A DNA stretch of 61,796 nt, the filler included. It is 5 parts of 5 records of this genome, joined end to end, with 100 filler letters (N's around TTAATTAATTAA, not from the genome) between each part and the next. Parts side by side here need not be neighbours in the genome. Positions count along the whole stretch, not along the records: positions 30,582 to 47,326 come from SRR2962707_3491; positions 47,427 to 55,465 come from SRR2962707_3492; 3 more parts are not named here. One strand, 5' to 3'. The notes below the pieces were generated by a model that was not told where the DNA came from, did no database searches, and was given only the letters and a program-made list of their open reading frames with translations. This document shows positions 40,545 through 50,289 of this stretch, piece by piece (the first letter of the stretch is position 1; every line of letters starts with the position of its first letter). Position numbers and translations under genes: made by a program.

Positions 40545-41828
40545 ATGATTAACTCCATAATTACAACAAATTTATTAGCTCACTATAAGGATAAGAAAAA
40601 CGCCATATATTTTGCAATTTGTCTATTAATAGCTTTTAATTCTTTTGCTCAAGAGGAAAAAACTAGCGACGAACTTTTTGTAATGGCACGTAAAGAAGCT
40701 TTTGATAATGATAATTACGATGAAGCTATCCGATTAATGAATATTGCCACTGAAAAAGCTCCAGAATATGCAGATTTAAGCATCTTTTTAGGAAGATTAT
40801 ACACTTGGACAGATCAAACAGATAAAGCTCGAACTACTTTAAAAAAAGTCTTCGAAAACAATAAAAATTATGAAGATGCTGCAATTGCATATGCTAGTTT
40901 AGAATATTGGAATGATAACTCCCCTAAAGCTTTGGAGATTGTAAATACAAGCTTAGCGTACAATCCAAACGCTGAAGATTTATTGTTACTAAAATCCAAA
41001 ATATTAATGGATCTAAAGCAGTATCAAGAAGCTAATACTACCCTTAACACAATATTAGAGAACAATCCAAAATCAACCGAAGCTCGAGCCTTAATGCAAA
41101 ATGTTAAAAAAGAATCTGCTAAAAATGAAATCGGCGTTTCCTATGATTTTGTGCATTTTGACAAACGTTTTGATCAACCTTGGCATCTTGCCAGTGTTGA
41201 CTATTCTAGGCAAACTAAATATGGTTCTATTATAAGCCGCTTTAATTATGCAAATCGTTTTGGAACAGGAAGTACACAATTTGAATTAGATTTATATCCA
41301 AGGATTTCAAATACATTCTATGCATATATTAATGGTGGAATCTCTAATAATAAAGGAATTTTTCCAGAATATAGAGCAGGTTTTTCGCTGTATGCAAATC
41401 TCCCTGCAGCCTTTGAAGCCGATGCTGGTTTTAGGCTTTTAGTATTTTCCGATCAGACATGGGTATATACTGCTGCTATTGGAAAGTACTACAAAAATTA
41501 TTGGTTTAATTTTAGAACATATTTAACCCCCTCAGATAGTGGCGTTTCCAACTCCTATGCATTAACAGTACGGTATTATTTAGGAGGAGCAGACGATTAT
41601 TTGAGTGTTAGCGCAGGTACAGGTTTCTCTCCAGACGATGCCACAAACAATGTATTAATTAACAGTAATACACAACTTAATTCTACTAACTTTTCTGTAG
41701 GTTATAGAAAACTTATTAAAAAAACACATATTATATATGCACAAGCAGCATATGAAAATATTGAATATGCAACAGATTCTAGAGGAAACCAATACACAAT
41801 AGGGATAGGATATATTAAAAGATTTTAA
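40545..41828 (+). CDS. TPR plus YaiO-family outer-membrane beta-barrel
   Basis: Signal peptide, TPRs, RFNYANRF, FELDLYP, IFPEYRAG, terminal Phe. Confidence 0.87.
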   Translation: MINSIITTNLLAHYKDKKNAIYFAICLLIAFNSFAQEEKTSDELFVMARKEAFDNDNYDEAIRLMNIATEKAPEYADLSIFLGRLYTWTDQTDKARTTLKKVFENNKNYEDAAIAYASLEYWNDNSPKALEIVNTSLAYNPNAEDLLLLKSKILMDLKQYQEANTTLNTILENNPKSTEARALMQNVKKESAKNEIGVSYDFVHFDKRFDQPWHLASVDYSRQTKYGSIISRFNYANRFGTGSTQFELDLYPRISNTFYAYINGGISNNKGIFPEYRAGFSLYANLPAAFEADAGFRLLVFSDQTWVYTAAIGKYYKNYWFNFRTYLTPSDSGVSNSYALTVRYYLGGADDYLSVSAGTGFSPDDATNNVLINSNTQLNSTNFSVGYRKLIKKTHIIYAQAAYENIEYATDSRGNQYTIGIGYIKRF

Positions 41829-41829
41829 G

Positions 41830-42960
41830 GTGAAAAGGAAAATTTTGCTTGGTATTTTATTAACTATAGTATGCACCCCTCTTATAATGTGGGGCGCCTG
41901 GTTATGCAGTCCCAAACAAAAAATAGTTATTGCTATTATTGATAAAACTGTAATTAATAAAGCTACTGAAGAACATCTTTCTTTATCCTGGATTTTAAAT
42001 CACAATAAATTCTCTAAAACTTCAAAAAAACTCTATAATACTAATCATGATTATTTTGGCTTTTTCCCTCTCGATCAAAACAATTATAAAGTTAAAGGAC
42101 TAGAAAGGTACTCTTATGAGCAATTAGCACAATTAAGTCTAGATTCTGATGTAGTGTATTATACAGATGCTTATGGTTTATACAATATTGATTGGTATAA
42201 TAAAGAAAAGCCTTATGGGGTTTTATATGGCGGTTTGAGCACTCAAGATATTGAATTTCTACAATTGATGAAGAAAAAAAACAAACCCATCATCACAGAA
42301 TTTAATGTATTGGGAGAGCCTACCAATTCTGAAAACAGAAAAAAGTTTGAAAATTTATTTCATATAAAATGGACTGGTTGGTCTGGAAGGTATTACCAAA
42401 ATTTAAATCAAAAAAGCAATACTGAACTTCCTAAATGGATTGTCAATAACTATGAAAAATCTAATAATACAAAATGGACTTTTCAAAATGAAGGAATTAT
42501 TTTAGTAAAAGACGAACAGGTGGTAGTATTAAAAATAGGGGAAGAATTAAAAACTCCACAACCATTTATTACCAGTAATGAAAAAGCGCAATCCATGTAT
42601 AATGTACCCGAAAAAATAGACTATACTTTCTGGTTTGACATCATAGAAATAGACACTAATATTAATGAGTCTAATGCAATATATACGCTAGATGTTACCA
42701 AAAAAGGCAAGCATTTATTAGATACATATGGCATTCCTAATAGCTTTCCAGCAGTAACAAATAATAAAATAGGATCCTATAAATTTACCTATCTCTCTGG
42801 AGATTTTTGTGACAATAAAATATCTATGAAAACTTCTTATTTTAAAGGGATTGAAATTTTTCAAAGTTCTTTTTACGATACAGATAAACGCAGCGAATTT
42901 TTTTGGCGGTTTTATAAACCAATGATTAGCACCATGTTAAACAGCTATGTAAAAAATTAG
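41830..42960 (+). CDS. Conserved hypothetical membrane-anchored protein
   Basis: GTG start 1 nt after YaiO stop; N-terminal TM; IIDKTV, EH, DAYG, EFN, WTGWSG, GDF motifs. Confidence 0.8.
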   Translation: MKRKILLGILLTIVCTPLIMWGAWLCSPKQKIVIAIIDKTVINKATEEHLSLSWILNHNKFSKTSKKLYNTNHDYFGFFPLDQNNYKVKGLERYSYEQLAQLSLDSDVVYYTDAYGLYNIDWYNKEKPYGVLYGGLSTQDIEFLQLMKKKNKPIITEFNVLGEPTNSENRKKFENLFHIKWTGWSGRYYQNLNQKSNTELPKWIVNNYEKSNNTKWTFQNEGIILVKDEQVVVLKIGEELKTPQPFITSNEKAQSMYNVPEKIDYTFWFDIIEIDTNINESNAIYTLDVTKKGKHLLDTYGIPNSFPAVTNNKIGSYKFTYLSGDFCDNKISMKTSYFKGIEIFQSSFYDTDKRSEFFWRFYKPMISTMLNSYVKN

Positions 42961-42961
42961 C

Positions 42962-44983
42962 CTAAGGGGTATACTTAACTAGTAAAGAGTCTGGAAGTAG
43001 TTGTTTTCCTTCTGTTATTTCAGAATTTTTCCTCTTAAAAGCTTCAAACATCGATTTTATTTCTGCTTTTAAAGTATCGTTTTCTATAATATATTCCTCT
43101 AAATGCTCATTTACTTTATACAGCGTATTATTATTTAAATGATAAGTCCCAACCAAATAATCAACAAAATCGGCTTTTGTTTGCATAATCGGAATCTTAT
43201 TTTGGTTTCTAAAGCTTTTTAAAGTATCCAAACCGAATCCCATCCAAGTTGTTAACTCAGGCTTTTTTATTTGATGCTTATTAGACAAATAAGTAACTAC
43301 ACTTGGAGTAACATCAAAATGTGAAACTATAGAAGACATTGTAGAAGTGCTTTTTAGCATTGGAGAATAAATAATTAGCGGCACATGGTAACGGTCTATT
43401 TTATTTTGCATTGGTATCTCTGGTAATCTATGATCTCCAGTTATTAAAAAAATGGTATTTTCAAAACTGTCTTTCTTCTTATAGTTTTCAAAAAACTTTT
43501 TCAGAGAAACATCAGCATATAAAATAGTTGCATATTGGTCTCTATAATTTCTATAATCGTCTTTTTCTTTTGGAGAAAGTTCAAGGCTATTTAAATGCTT
43601 TTCAAATAAATCATTATATATTGCTGCATCATTAATTTTAAATGGTGAGTGCGTAGAAATAGTAAGGAGAATATCTAAATTCGGTTTTATTTTATTTTTT
43701 TTCTTTGTCTCAAAATAATATTGATACAATTCATTGTCTCCATATCCCCAACTAAAGTTATTCTTACTAGGAAGCTTTGCAAATTTTTTTGGAAATGTAT
43801 CCTCATCAAAAACAAAATCTATATTATTTTTCTTCAAAAAAATATCCATCTTATCAAAAGAGGCATTACCTCCATAATAAAAGCTCGTGGAATACCCATT
43901 TTTTTTCAACAAATTGATTAGAGATAGTGATTTAGGCATCTTTTCTCCCATTTCCAAATACCCATTTTTTCCAAACGGAAGCGACCCAAAAAGCGAAGGA
44001 AGTACTCCAAAAGTACGTCCTGTGTTACTTAAACAGTTTTCCCAATACAAACTTTCTTGTGCTAACGAGTCCAAAAAAGGGGTAAAACTACCTAAATATG
44101 CTCCATTCCCAGAGAAGGCTCTTCCTAAACCCTCTACAACTAGAAAAACTAGATCTGGTTGTGTTGTTTCAGTAACAAAAAAAGAAGAAAGTACATCTTC
44201 ATCTATCGATTTATGAAGAAATGGAAATTCTGATGGTTGTGGATATTCAAATTTCCTAAAAGCTCTAGTAGCTATAGAATTCTTTAAATAAGTATCCGCA
44301 TAAATATCTGTTTCATTAATATATGGATAATAATAAGTATGTGTTGCTTCAAGAAAATATAAGGTTTTATTAGTAGTTATATTACTTACAAAATCTGAAT
44401 GGTTATGCTTCGTTGTTATAATAGTTCCTAAAAATGTGAAACCAACGAGAAGAAATAATAGTACTAAAACATTAAGTGATAACTTTATTTTTCTGGTGAA
44501 AAAATTTAAGAATTTAATTACAATCACTCCATAAATTAACAAGGAAATAATTGCTAAAACTACAACCCCTCCCGAAGATGCTACTGTTTGAAAAATATCA
44601 TTATATGAATAACTAAATAAATCTGCACCCAATAAAACAAGAGTTGATTTATAATAAAAAACAAACAAAAGTTCTAAAAACAAAAAAAGGACTATCATTA
44701 TTTTATAAAATAATTTAGACAGCTTAAAGGATATAAAAGATAGTACAACAAAAACAGTATAGAATAGTAGGATATTTTGTAACCAAAAAGTCAAGTCTAC
44801 TTTCCAAGAAGCAACTACCAATTTAAATAAAGTGAGTGGTAAAGAATGACTATTTTGATAAAAAACGATTTCTACTATCCTAGTAAATAATAATAAAACC
44901 AAAAAGGAGATTGCTAAAACACAAAAATAATTGCTATAGCTAGCCAAGTTAGATTTAAAATCTTTAGTAATAGGTTGACGCAT
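42962..44983 (-). CDS. LTA synthase / phosphoglycerol-transferase family sulfatase-fold membrane protein
   Basis: About 5 N-terminal TMs; VVEGLG, TGRTF (Thr nucleophile), STHSPF, TGDH. Confidence 0.88.
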   Translation of the reverse strand: MRQPITKDFKSNLASYSNYFCVLAISFLVLLLFTRIVEIVFYQNSHSLPLTLFKLVVASWKVDLTFWLQNILLFYTVFVVLSFISFKLSKLFYKIMIVLFLFLELLFVFYYKSTLVLLGADLFSYSYNDIFQTVASSGGVVVLAIISLLIYGVIVIKFLNFFTRKIKLSLNVLVLLFLLVGFTFLGTIITTKHNHSDFVSNITTNKTLYFLEATHTYYYPYINETDIYADTYLKNSIATRAFRKFEYPQPSEFPFLHKSIDEDVLSSFFVTETTQPDLVFLVVEGLGRAFSGNGAYLGSFTPFLDSLAQESLYWENCLSNTGRTFGVLPSLFGSLPFGKNGYLEMGEKMPKSLSLINLLKKNGYSTSFYYGGNASFDKMDIFLKKNNIDFVFDEDTFPKKFAKLPSKNNFSWGYGDNELYQYYFETKKKNKIKPNLDILLTISTHSPFKINDAAIYNDLFEKHLNSLELSPKEKDDYRNYRDQYATILYADVSLKKFFENYKKKDSFENTIFLITGDHRLPEIPMQNKIDRYHVPLIIYSPMLKSTSTMSSIVSHFDVTPSVVTYLSNKHQIKKPELTTWMGFGLDTLKSFRNQNKIPIMQTKADFVDYLVGTYHLNNNTLYKVNEHLEEYIIENDTLKAEIKSMFEAFKRKNSEITEGKQLLPDSLLVKYTP

Positions 44984-45073
44984 GAAGTTATTCTTACTAT
45001 AAAGATATAGTATGTAGGAATAATTTAAAAACTAAAAGCAGCAAAATTACCGAAGTCTGTTTTATTGATCCTC

Positions 45074-45305
45074 TTAATCATTAGAATAATTTTCAATATA
45101 AAAATGAAAAATCAACTGTAGTAAATTAATCAATCTAGCCTGCAAAGAGGCTGTATTTAGCGTTTCTTTCTTTTTGTTTTAAGATATTTCATATAAAAGC
45201 ATACGGTTTTTTCATTCAATTCACTAGGTTTGTTCTTTTACAAGAACAATTCAATTTACTTTTTTAATCATTAGAATAATTTTCAATATGAAGATGAAAA
45301 ATCAA
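45074..45305 (+). repeat. 42-bp direct repeat (45074-45115 and 45264-45305) duplicating the M1 peptidase start region
   Basis: ttaatcattagaataattttcaatat(a/g)aa(a/g)atgaaaaatcaa, 2 mismatches. Confidence 0.88.
45225..45232 (+). promoter_or_regulatory. Bacteroidetes -7 promoter element
   Basis: TAGGTTTG fits TAnnTTTG about 55 nt before the peptidase ATG. Confidence 0.5.
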
Positions 45306-47255
45306 TTTCCAAAAGGGAAGCTTTTTCTTTCCTTATTTTTTATGCTTACAGCTTTTACAAGTTATGTTGCAAATGCACAAGGGTTAGACAACAATCAACA
45401 AGATTTTAGTGAATTCATGGATCGTAGCGGGAATCGTTACCGTTCGGCCTCTGGGATTCCCGGTCCCGATTATTGGCAAAATGAAGCTGATTATAAGATA
45501 AAAGCTACATTAAACGATACTCAACATACCCTAACAGGAGAAATTACTATTAACTACACAAATAATAGTCCAGATGCGCTTCCTTTTATATGGCTGTATT
45601 TAGAGCAAAATAGATTTACCGAAAATTCAAGAGGTAACTTAACCACTCCTATTGAAGGGAATCGATACAATGGCGATATTGACGGAGGATATGAAATTAC
45701 AAACCTTCAAGCTAAAACTGGAAGAAATACCTCTACAAAACATATTATTACAGATACCAGAATGCAAGTTTGGTTTAAAGAGCCTATAAAAGCAAATGGA
45801 GGAACGGCAACAGTTTCTATGAACTTTACTTACAAAATACCTGTTAAAGGAATGGATAGAATGGGAAGACTTGATGTAGAAGACGGAACAATTTATGCTA
45901 TGGCTCAATGGTATCCACGTACCGCCGTTTATGATGATATTGAAGGTTGGAATGTAGAACCGTATTTAGGTGCGGGAGAGTTTTATTTAGAATATGGCGA
46001 TTTTGATTATGAAATTACTGCTCCTTACAATCATATTGTAGTAGGTTCTGGTAGGTTAGAAAATCCTAGAGAGGTAATGTCTGAAACTATGAGAAACCGT
46101 ATGGAAAAGGCTAAAGAAAGTAACGAAACTGTACATATAATAAAGCCAGAAGAAATAAACGATGCTTCTTTAAAGGCTAAACAAAGTGGCACTTTAACTT
46201 GGCATTTTACCATGAATAATTCTAGAGATATTGCTTTTGCATCCTCTAAAGCATTTATTTGGGACGCTGCTAAAATAGATCTTCCAAGTGGTAAAAAAGC
46301 CTTGGCTCAATCTGTGTATCCTAAAGAAAGTGCAGGCTCTCATGCTTGGAGTCGTTCTACAGAATACTCAAAACATTCTATTGAGAATTATTCAAACAAA
46401 TGGTATGAATATCCTTATCCTGTGGCTACAAATGTTGCTGCTGATATAGGTGGTATGGAATATCCTGGATTAAATTTTTGTAGCTGGAAAAGTACAGGTG
46501 CTGGTTTATGGGGTGTTACCGATCATGAATTTGGACATAACTGGTTCCCTATGATTGTTGGTACTAATGAAAGAAGATATGCTTGGATGGATGAAGGTTT
46601 TAATTCTTTTATTAACTATTACAGCACTTTGGAGTTTGGAGAGTATCCAGCCAGACTTAACAAAACAAGAAATATGACGGATTGGTTTAATAGCGAAACT
46701 CGTGAAGGTATTGACACTTACCCAGATGTTACCAATTTGAGAAATCTAGGAATGACTGCCTATCGTAAACCTGCTATTGGTTTATTGCTTTTGAGAGAAT
46801 ATATTTTAGGACATGAGCGTTTTGATAATGCTTTTAAATCCTACATAAAAACATGGGCTTATAAACACCCTCAGCCTAAAGATTTCTTTAATCATATGGA
46901 AAATGTAGGGGGCGAAAACCTTTCTTGGTTCTTTAAAAATTGGTTTTATGGAACAGGAAATATTGATTTAGCTATTGAAGGTGTAAGACAAAATGAAGAT
47001 AAAACTGGTTTTATTATTACAATTGCTAATAAAGGAGGAGTTCCTATGCCTGTTAAAATGAAGGTTACACATCGAGATAATTCAATAGAAAACATCACCC
47101 TTCCAGTAGAAATATGGCAAAGAGGAGATACATGGAGTTATTTATTAAAAACGGAGGTGCTTCCAATAAGCATAGAGATAGATCCAGACAAGATTTTACC
47201 AGACGTGAATTACTCCAATGATACTTGGCCAAGTAATTCTTTTTATAAAAATTAG
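45288..47255 (+). CDS. Secreted M1 family zinc aminopeptidase
   Basis: Signal peptide, GGMEYP, HEFGH...WMDEG. Confidence 0.92.
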   Translation: MKMKNQFPKGKLFLSLFFMLTAFTSYVANAQGLDNNQQDFSEFMDRSGNRYRSASGIPGPDYWQNEADYKIKATLNDTQHTLTGEITINYTNNSPDALPFIWLYLEQNRFTENSRGNLTTPIEGNRYNGDIDGGYEITNLQAKTGRNTSTKHIITDTRMQVWFKEPIKANGGTATVSMNFTYKIPVKGMDRMGRLDVEDGTIYAMAQWYPRTAVYDDIEGWNVEPYLGAGEFYLEYGDFDYEITAPYNHIVVGSGRLENPREVMSETMRNRMEKAKESNETVHIIKPEEINDASLKAKQSGTLTWHFTMNNSRDIAFASSKAFIWDAAKIDLPSGKKALAQSVYPKESAGSHAWSRSTEYSKHSIENYSNKWYEYPYPVATNVAADIGGMEYPGLNFCSWKSTGAGLWGVTDHEFGHNWFPMIVGTNERRYAWMDEGFNSFINYYSTLEFGEYPARLNKTRNMTDWFNSETREGIDTYPDVTNLRNLGMTAYRKPAIGLLLLREYILGHERFDNAFKSYIKTWAYKHPQPKDFFNHMENVGGENLSWFFKNWFYGTGNIDLAIEGVRQNEDKTGFIITIANKGGVPMPVKMKVTHRDNSIENITLPVEIWQRGDTWSYLLKTEVLPISIEIDPDKILPDVNYSNDTWPSNSFYKN

Positions 47256-47326
47256 TTTTATTAGTATTCTAATTTAGAATATCTTTTAAAAAGATAAAGA
47301 GGCTGTCTAAAAAGTGATTCATAGTT

Positions 47327-47426
47327 NNNNNNNNNNNNNNNNNNNNNNNNNNNNNNNNNNNNNNNNNNNNTTAATTAATTAANNNNNNNNNNNNNNNNNN
47401 NNNNNNNNNNNNNNNNNNNNNNNNNN
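47327..47426. other. Artificial contig linker
   Basis: N spacer with TTAATTAATTAA. Confidence 0.98.
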
Positions 47427-47427
47427 C

Positions 47428-48636
47428 GAAAAAACCCTCGAAGCCCATTTATATTCATTAATTTCAGAGGTCGATTTTACCGAGCGCGGTATTATTATGC
47501 CAAGCACCATTCTCGCCCCTGAGCTAAACCGTTTAAACTCTGATACCTATGCAATGATTTACCGTGATGAGCAGCCAGTTTGGCACTCTGAGTCTGCGGT
47601 AAACGTGAACTTTGTGCCTGATGATATAGAAACTAAAGCGGGTGCTGCAGATTTTCGTCGTGTCGAATATAAAAATAACGTGTACTGGCAATTAAGCCTC
47701 ACTGTTATTTTAAATAACATTGACCAATCCGAACACGCCCGTTTTATTTTGTTAAAACGCAATGATGCCCTACTTCGATTAATGGACGGCTTTAAACAGA
47801 CCTTAGTAAACTGGATGTATGTCATGGGTGTTGCCATCGCAGCATTAATGGCAATTGGTTTTGTGTGGAGTGCGAGACCATTACAACGCCTTGATAAAGA
47901 AATTAAAGCCATTGAATCTGGCGATATTCAAGAGATCAAAGGGCAATATCCTGTCGAACTGCAAACAATAAAAGCCGATTTAAATCTACTGCTTGAAACT
48001 CAACAACGACAAAAAGAGCGTTACCGAGCCTCACTCAGTGATTTAGCGCATGCTTTAAAAACGCCCCTAGCGGTGCTTAAATCTAGTCCTTTGGCAAATG
48101 ATGCCGACGCACAAGAGCAGCTTGATCGTATTAATGTGATGATCGAACATCAATTAAAACGTGCTGCAACGGGCGCTTCCGACACATGGAAAAAACAAAC
48201 AATTATTAAACCCGTGCTTGATTCAATTCTTAATGCAATGGGCAAGGTATACCGAGATAAAGATATTATCTTTACGTGTGATGTTACCGATAAACATTAT
48301 TTTTTAGGTGATAAAACCGACTTACTAGAACTGCTAGGCAACTTGATTGATAATGCCTGTAAAGCTTGTCGCTCACAGGTCGATATACAGGTAGTACAAA
48401 AGCGCACTCTGACAATTACAATCAGTGATGATGGCCCAGGTGTTCCTGTTGATAAGCGCGAGTCATTGCTAACCCGTGGGACTCGTTTAGATACTTACGA
48501 AAGTGGCCATGGCGTAGGAATGGCTATTGTCTCTGACTTAGTCAAGTCGTATCACGGTGACCTAACTATTTTAGATGCTGATACTTTGGGCGGCGCAAAA
48601 TTTATTTTAGAGTTTAATTATAATGATAAAAAATAA
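47428..48636 (+). CDS. PhoQ-like sensor histidine kinase (5' truncated)
   Basis: DLAHALKTPLAVL, GNLIDNACK, DDGPG, RGTRLD, GHGVGM. Confidence 0.9.
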   Translation, partial: EKTLEAHLYSLISEVDFTERGIIMPSTILAPELNRLNSDTYAMIYRDEQPVWHSESAVNVNFVPDDIETKAGAADFRRVEYKNNVYWQLSLTVILNNIDQSEHARFILLKRNDALLRLMDGFKQTLVNWMYVMGVAIAALMAIGFVWSARPLQRLDKEIKAIESGDIQEIKGQYPVELQTIKADLNLLLETQQRQKERYRASLSDLAHALKTPLAVLKSSPLANDADAQEQLDRINVMIEHQLKRAATGASDTWKKQTIIKPVLDSILNAMGKVYRDKDIIFTCDVTDKHYFLGDKTDLLELLGNLIDNACKACRSQVDIQVVQKRTLTITISDDGPGVPVDKRESLLTRGTRLDTYESGHGVGMAIVSDLVKSYHGDLTILDADTLGGAKFILEFNYNDKK

Positions 48637-49036
48637 TAAGCTATCAATAAGTTGTTGCACACTACTGCTACTTTTAAGTGTAACAACGCAAGCAGCTGAG
48701 CAATGCAGTTTAGTTGCTCAAGCAACCCCTGATGAAGCGAAAAGCTATATTCAATGTTTAGATAGGCAAATAGAAAGCTTAACGCGTATCCAGCAAACTT
48801 GGGTAAATAAGATCACCCTAGATTTAAACACGATTGAAGAAGAAACCGGTAACACGCAGTTATTACCGATTTTCAAACGCAGTATGGCAAGTCAAAATAA
48901 ATATTTGGAAGATAGCTGTAAGTGGCGTTATTTACAAAAGGTTCCCAACGCCACTCAAGCTGCAATGGTCTATAAACGTTGTGAAATACGTATTTTAGAG
49001 CAGCATATTGAGGTTTTAAAACAGCCCATAAAATAA
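48623..49036 (+). CDS. Secreted helical protein, LprI/DUF1311-like
   Basis: Signal peptide; four Cys in the mature region with SQNKY...C spacing like LprI. Confidence 0.6.
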   Translation: MIKNNKLSISCCTLLLLLSVTTQAAEQCSLVAQATPDEAKSYIQCLDRQIESLTRIQQTWVNKITLDLNTIEEETGNTQLLPIFKRSMASQNKYLEDSCKWRYLQKVPNATQAAMVYKRCEIRILEQHIEVLKQPIK

Positions 49037-49045
49037 TTTATAAGA

Positions 49046-49069
49046 AAAGCCACATACGTATGTGGCTTT
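49046..49069. terminator. Probable bidirectional terminator
   Basis: 24-bp perfect palindrome AAAGCCACATACGTATGTGGCTTT between convergent genes. Confidence 0.8.
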
Positions 49070-49081
49070 GCTTATCGAAAG

Positions 49082-50119
49082 CTAGGCTTTTTCTTCTAGG
49101 TTTTCGCCATTCCCTAATAAAGTTGCCAGCCAGCGCCCCTCTTCACTGGTTTCAAGGGCTATTTTAACAATCATAGTCAAAGGGACTGATAACAGCATAC
49201 CCACTGTGCCCATCAGCCAGCCCCAAAATATTAATGATAAAAATACCACCAAGGTTGATAGTCCTAAGCCTTTACCCATGTATCTAGGCTCAACAATATT
49301 ACCCATCACAGTATTAATCGTTAAATAGCCAAGGCCCACCATACTTGCTACAAACGGTCCTTGTGTGATAAGCGCCAGCAACACCGCAGGTACTGCTGCA
49401 ATGATAGAACCAATATTAGGAATATAGTTAAACATAAAGGCCATCACAGCCCATAACACAAAATAATCAACATCCAACAGCCACAGCAAGATACCTGCAA
49501 GCAAACCAGTGCCTAAACTAACCACTGTTTTAATAGCAAGGTAGGAGTTAATTGACTCTGAAAAACGGTCAATTTGTTGCATTTTACGATCGGGATCATC
49601 CAGTGCCATATGTATTTTGTGACTGAGCATGGGTCCTTCAAACAACATAAATACCACAGTCAAAATAATTAAAAATAAATTGGCCATCACGCCACCTAAC
49701 CCGGTTAGCATACCCGTTGCTACGTCAATGATTTTACCCGGATCAAACATTGCTATTATTTGTTCTTTATTGATCAAGATGTTGTATTTTGCAGCCATAT
49801 CCACGAGCAAAACAAACTGCTCTTTAAGTTGTGCTTTATATTGTGGTAATTGCTGCGAAAAATCAGTTAAGGATTGCCCTACTAAGCCCGCTAAACTAAC
49901 GCCAATGCCAACCACCATCAGCATTACCAACATGATAGCCAAACCTTTTGGGATTTTATAACGGCCAAAAAAGCTCAATAATGGGTTGCAGATAATGGCA
50001 ATAAACGCTGCCAATACAAATGGAATAACAATCACACTAGCTGCTTTTACACCTGCCAATACAATAACTAATGCTGCAAAAATAACTAAACTTCGGTTTA
50101 CCCCAGTTAAACTAGCCAA
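49082..50119 (-). CDS. AI-2E family transporter
   Basis: NYIPNIGS, GNIVEP, SLIFWGWLMG.VGMLLSVPLT; TTG start after AAGGA. Confidence 0.9.
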   Translation of the reverse strand: MASLTGVNRSLVIFAALVIVLAGVKAASVIVIPFVLAAFIAIICNPLLSFFGRYKIPKGLAIMLVMLMVVGIGVSLAGLVGQSLTDFSQQLPQYKAQLKEQFVLLVDMAAKYNILINKEQIIAMFDPGKIIDVATGMLTGLGGVMANLFLIILTVVFMLFEGPMLSHKIHMALDDPDRKMQQIDRFSESINSYLAIKTVVSLGTGLLAGILLWLLDVDYFVLWAVMAFMFNYIPNIGSIIAAVPAVLLALITQGPFVASMVGLGYLTINTVMGNIVEPRYMGKGLGLSTLVVFLSLIFWGWLMGTVGMLLSVPLTMIVKIALETSEEGRWLATLLGNGENLEEKA

Positions 50120-50289
50120 ACTACGATCCTTGAAAATATACACTGCACTTAGTGTATACCCAAACGACCTCGAGATGCGAGCCTCGTTGGAATTTAAAGC
50201 AATCTAAGCAACGCATAAATTGCAAAGTGATCAAAGCTGTCTATGGTACGTATAACAGGTATAAATAATTAATTAACTGGGTCAACACT

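Noticed and set aside
50153-50191. ERIC-like repeat remnant (TATACCCAAACGACCTCGAGATGC)
   Set aside because: Single short degenerate copy that cannot be supported without a search
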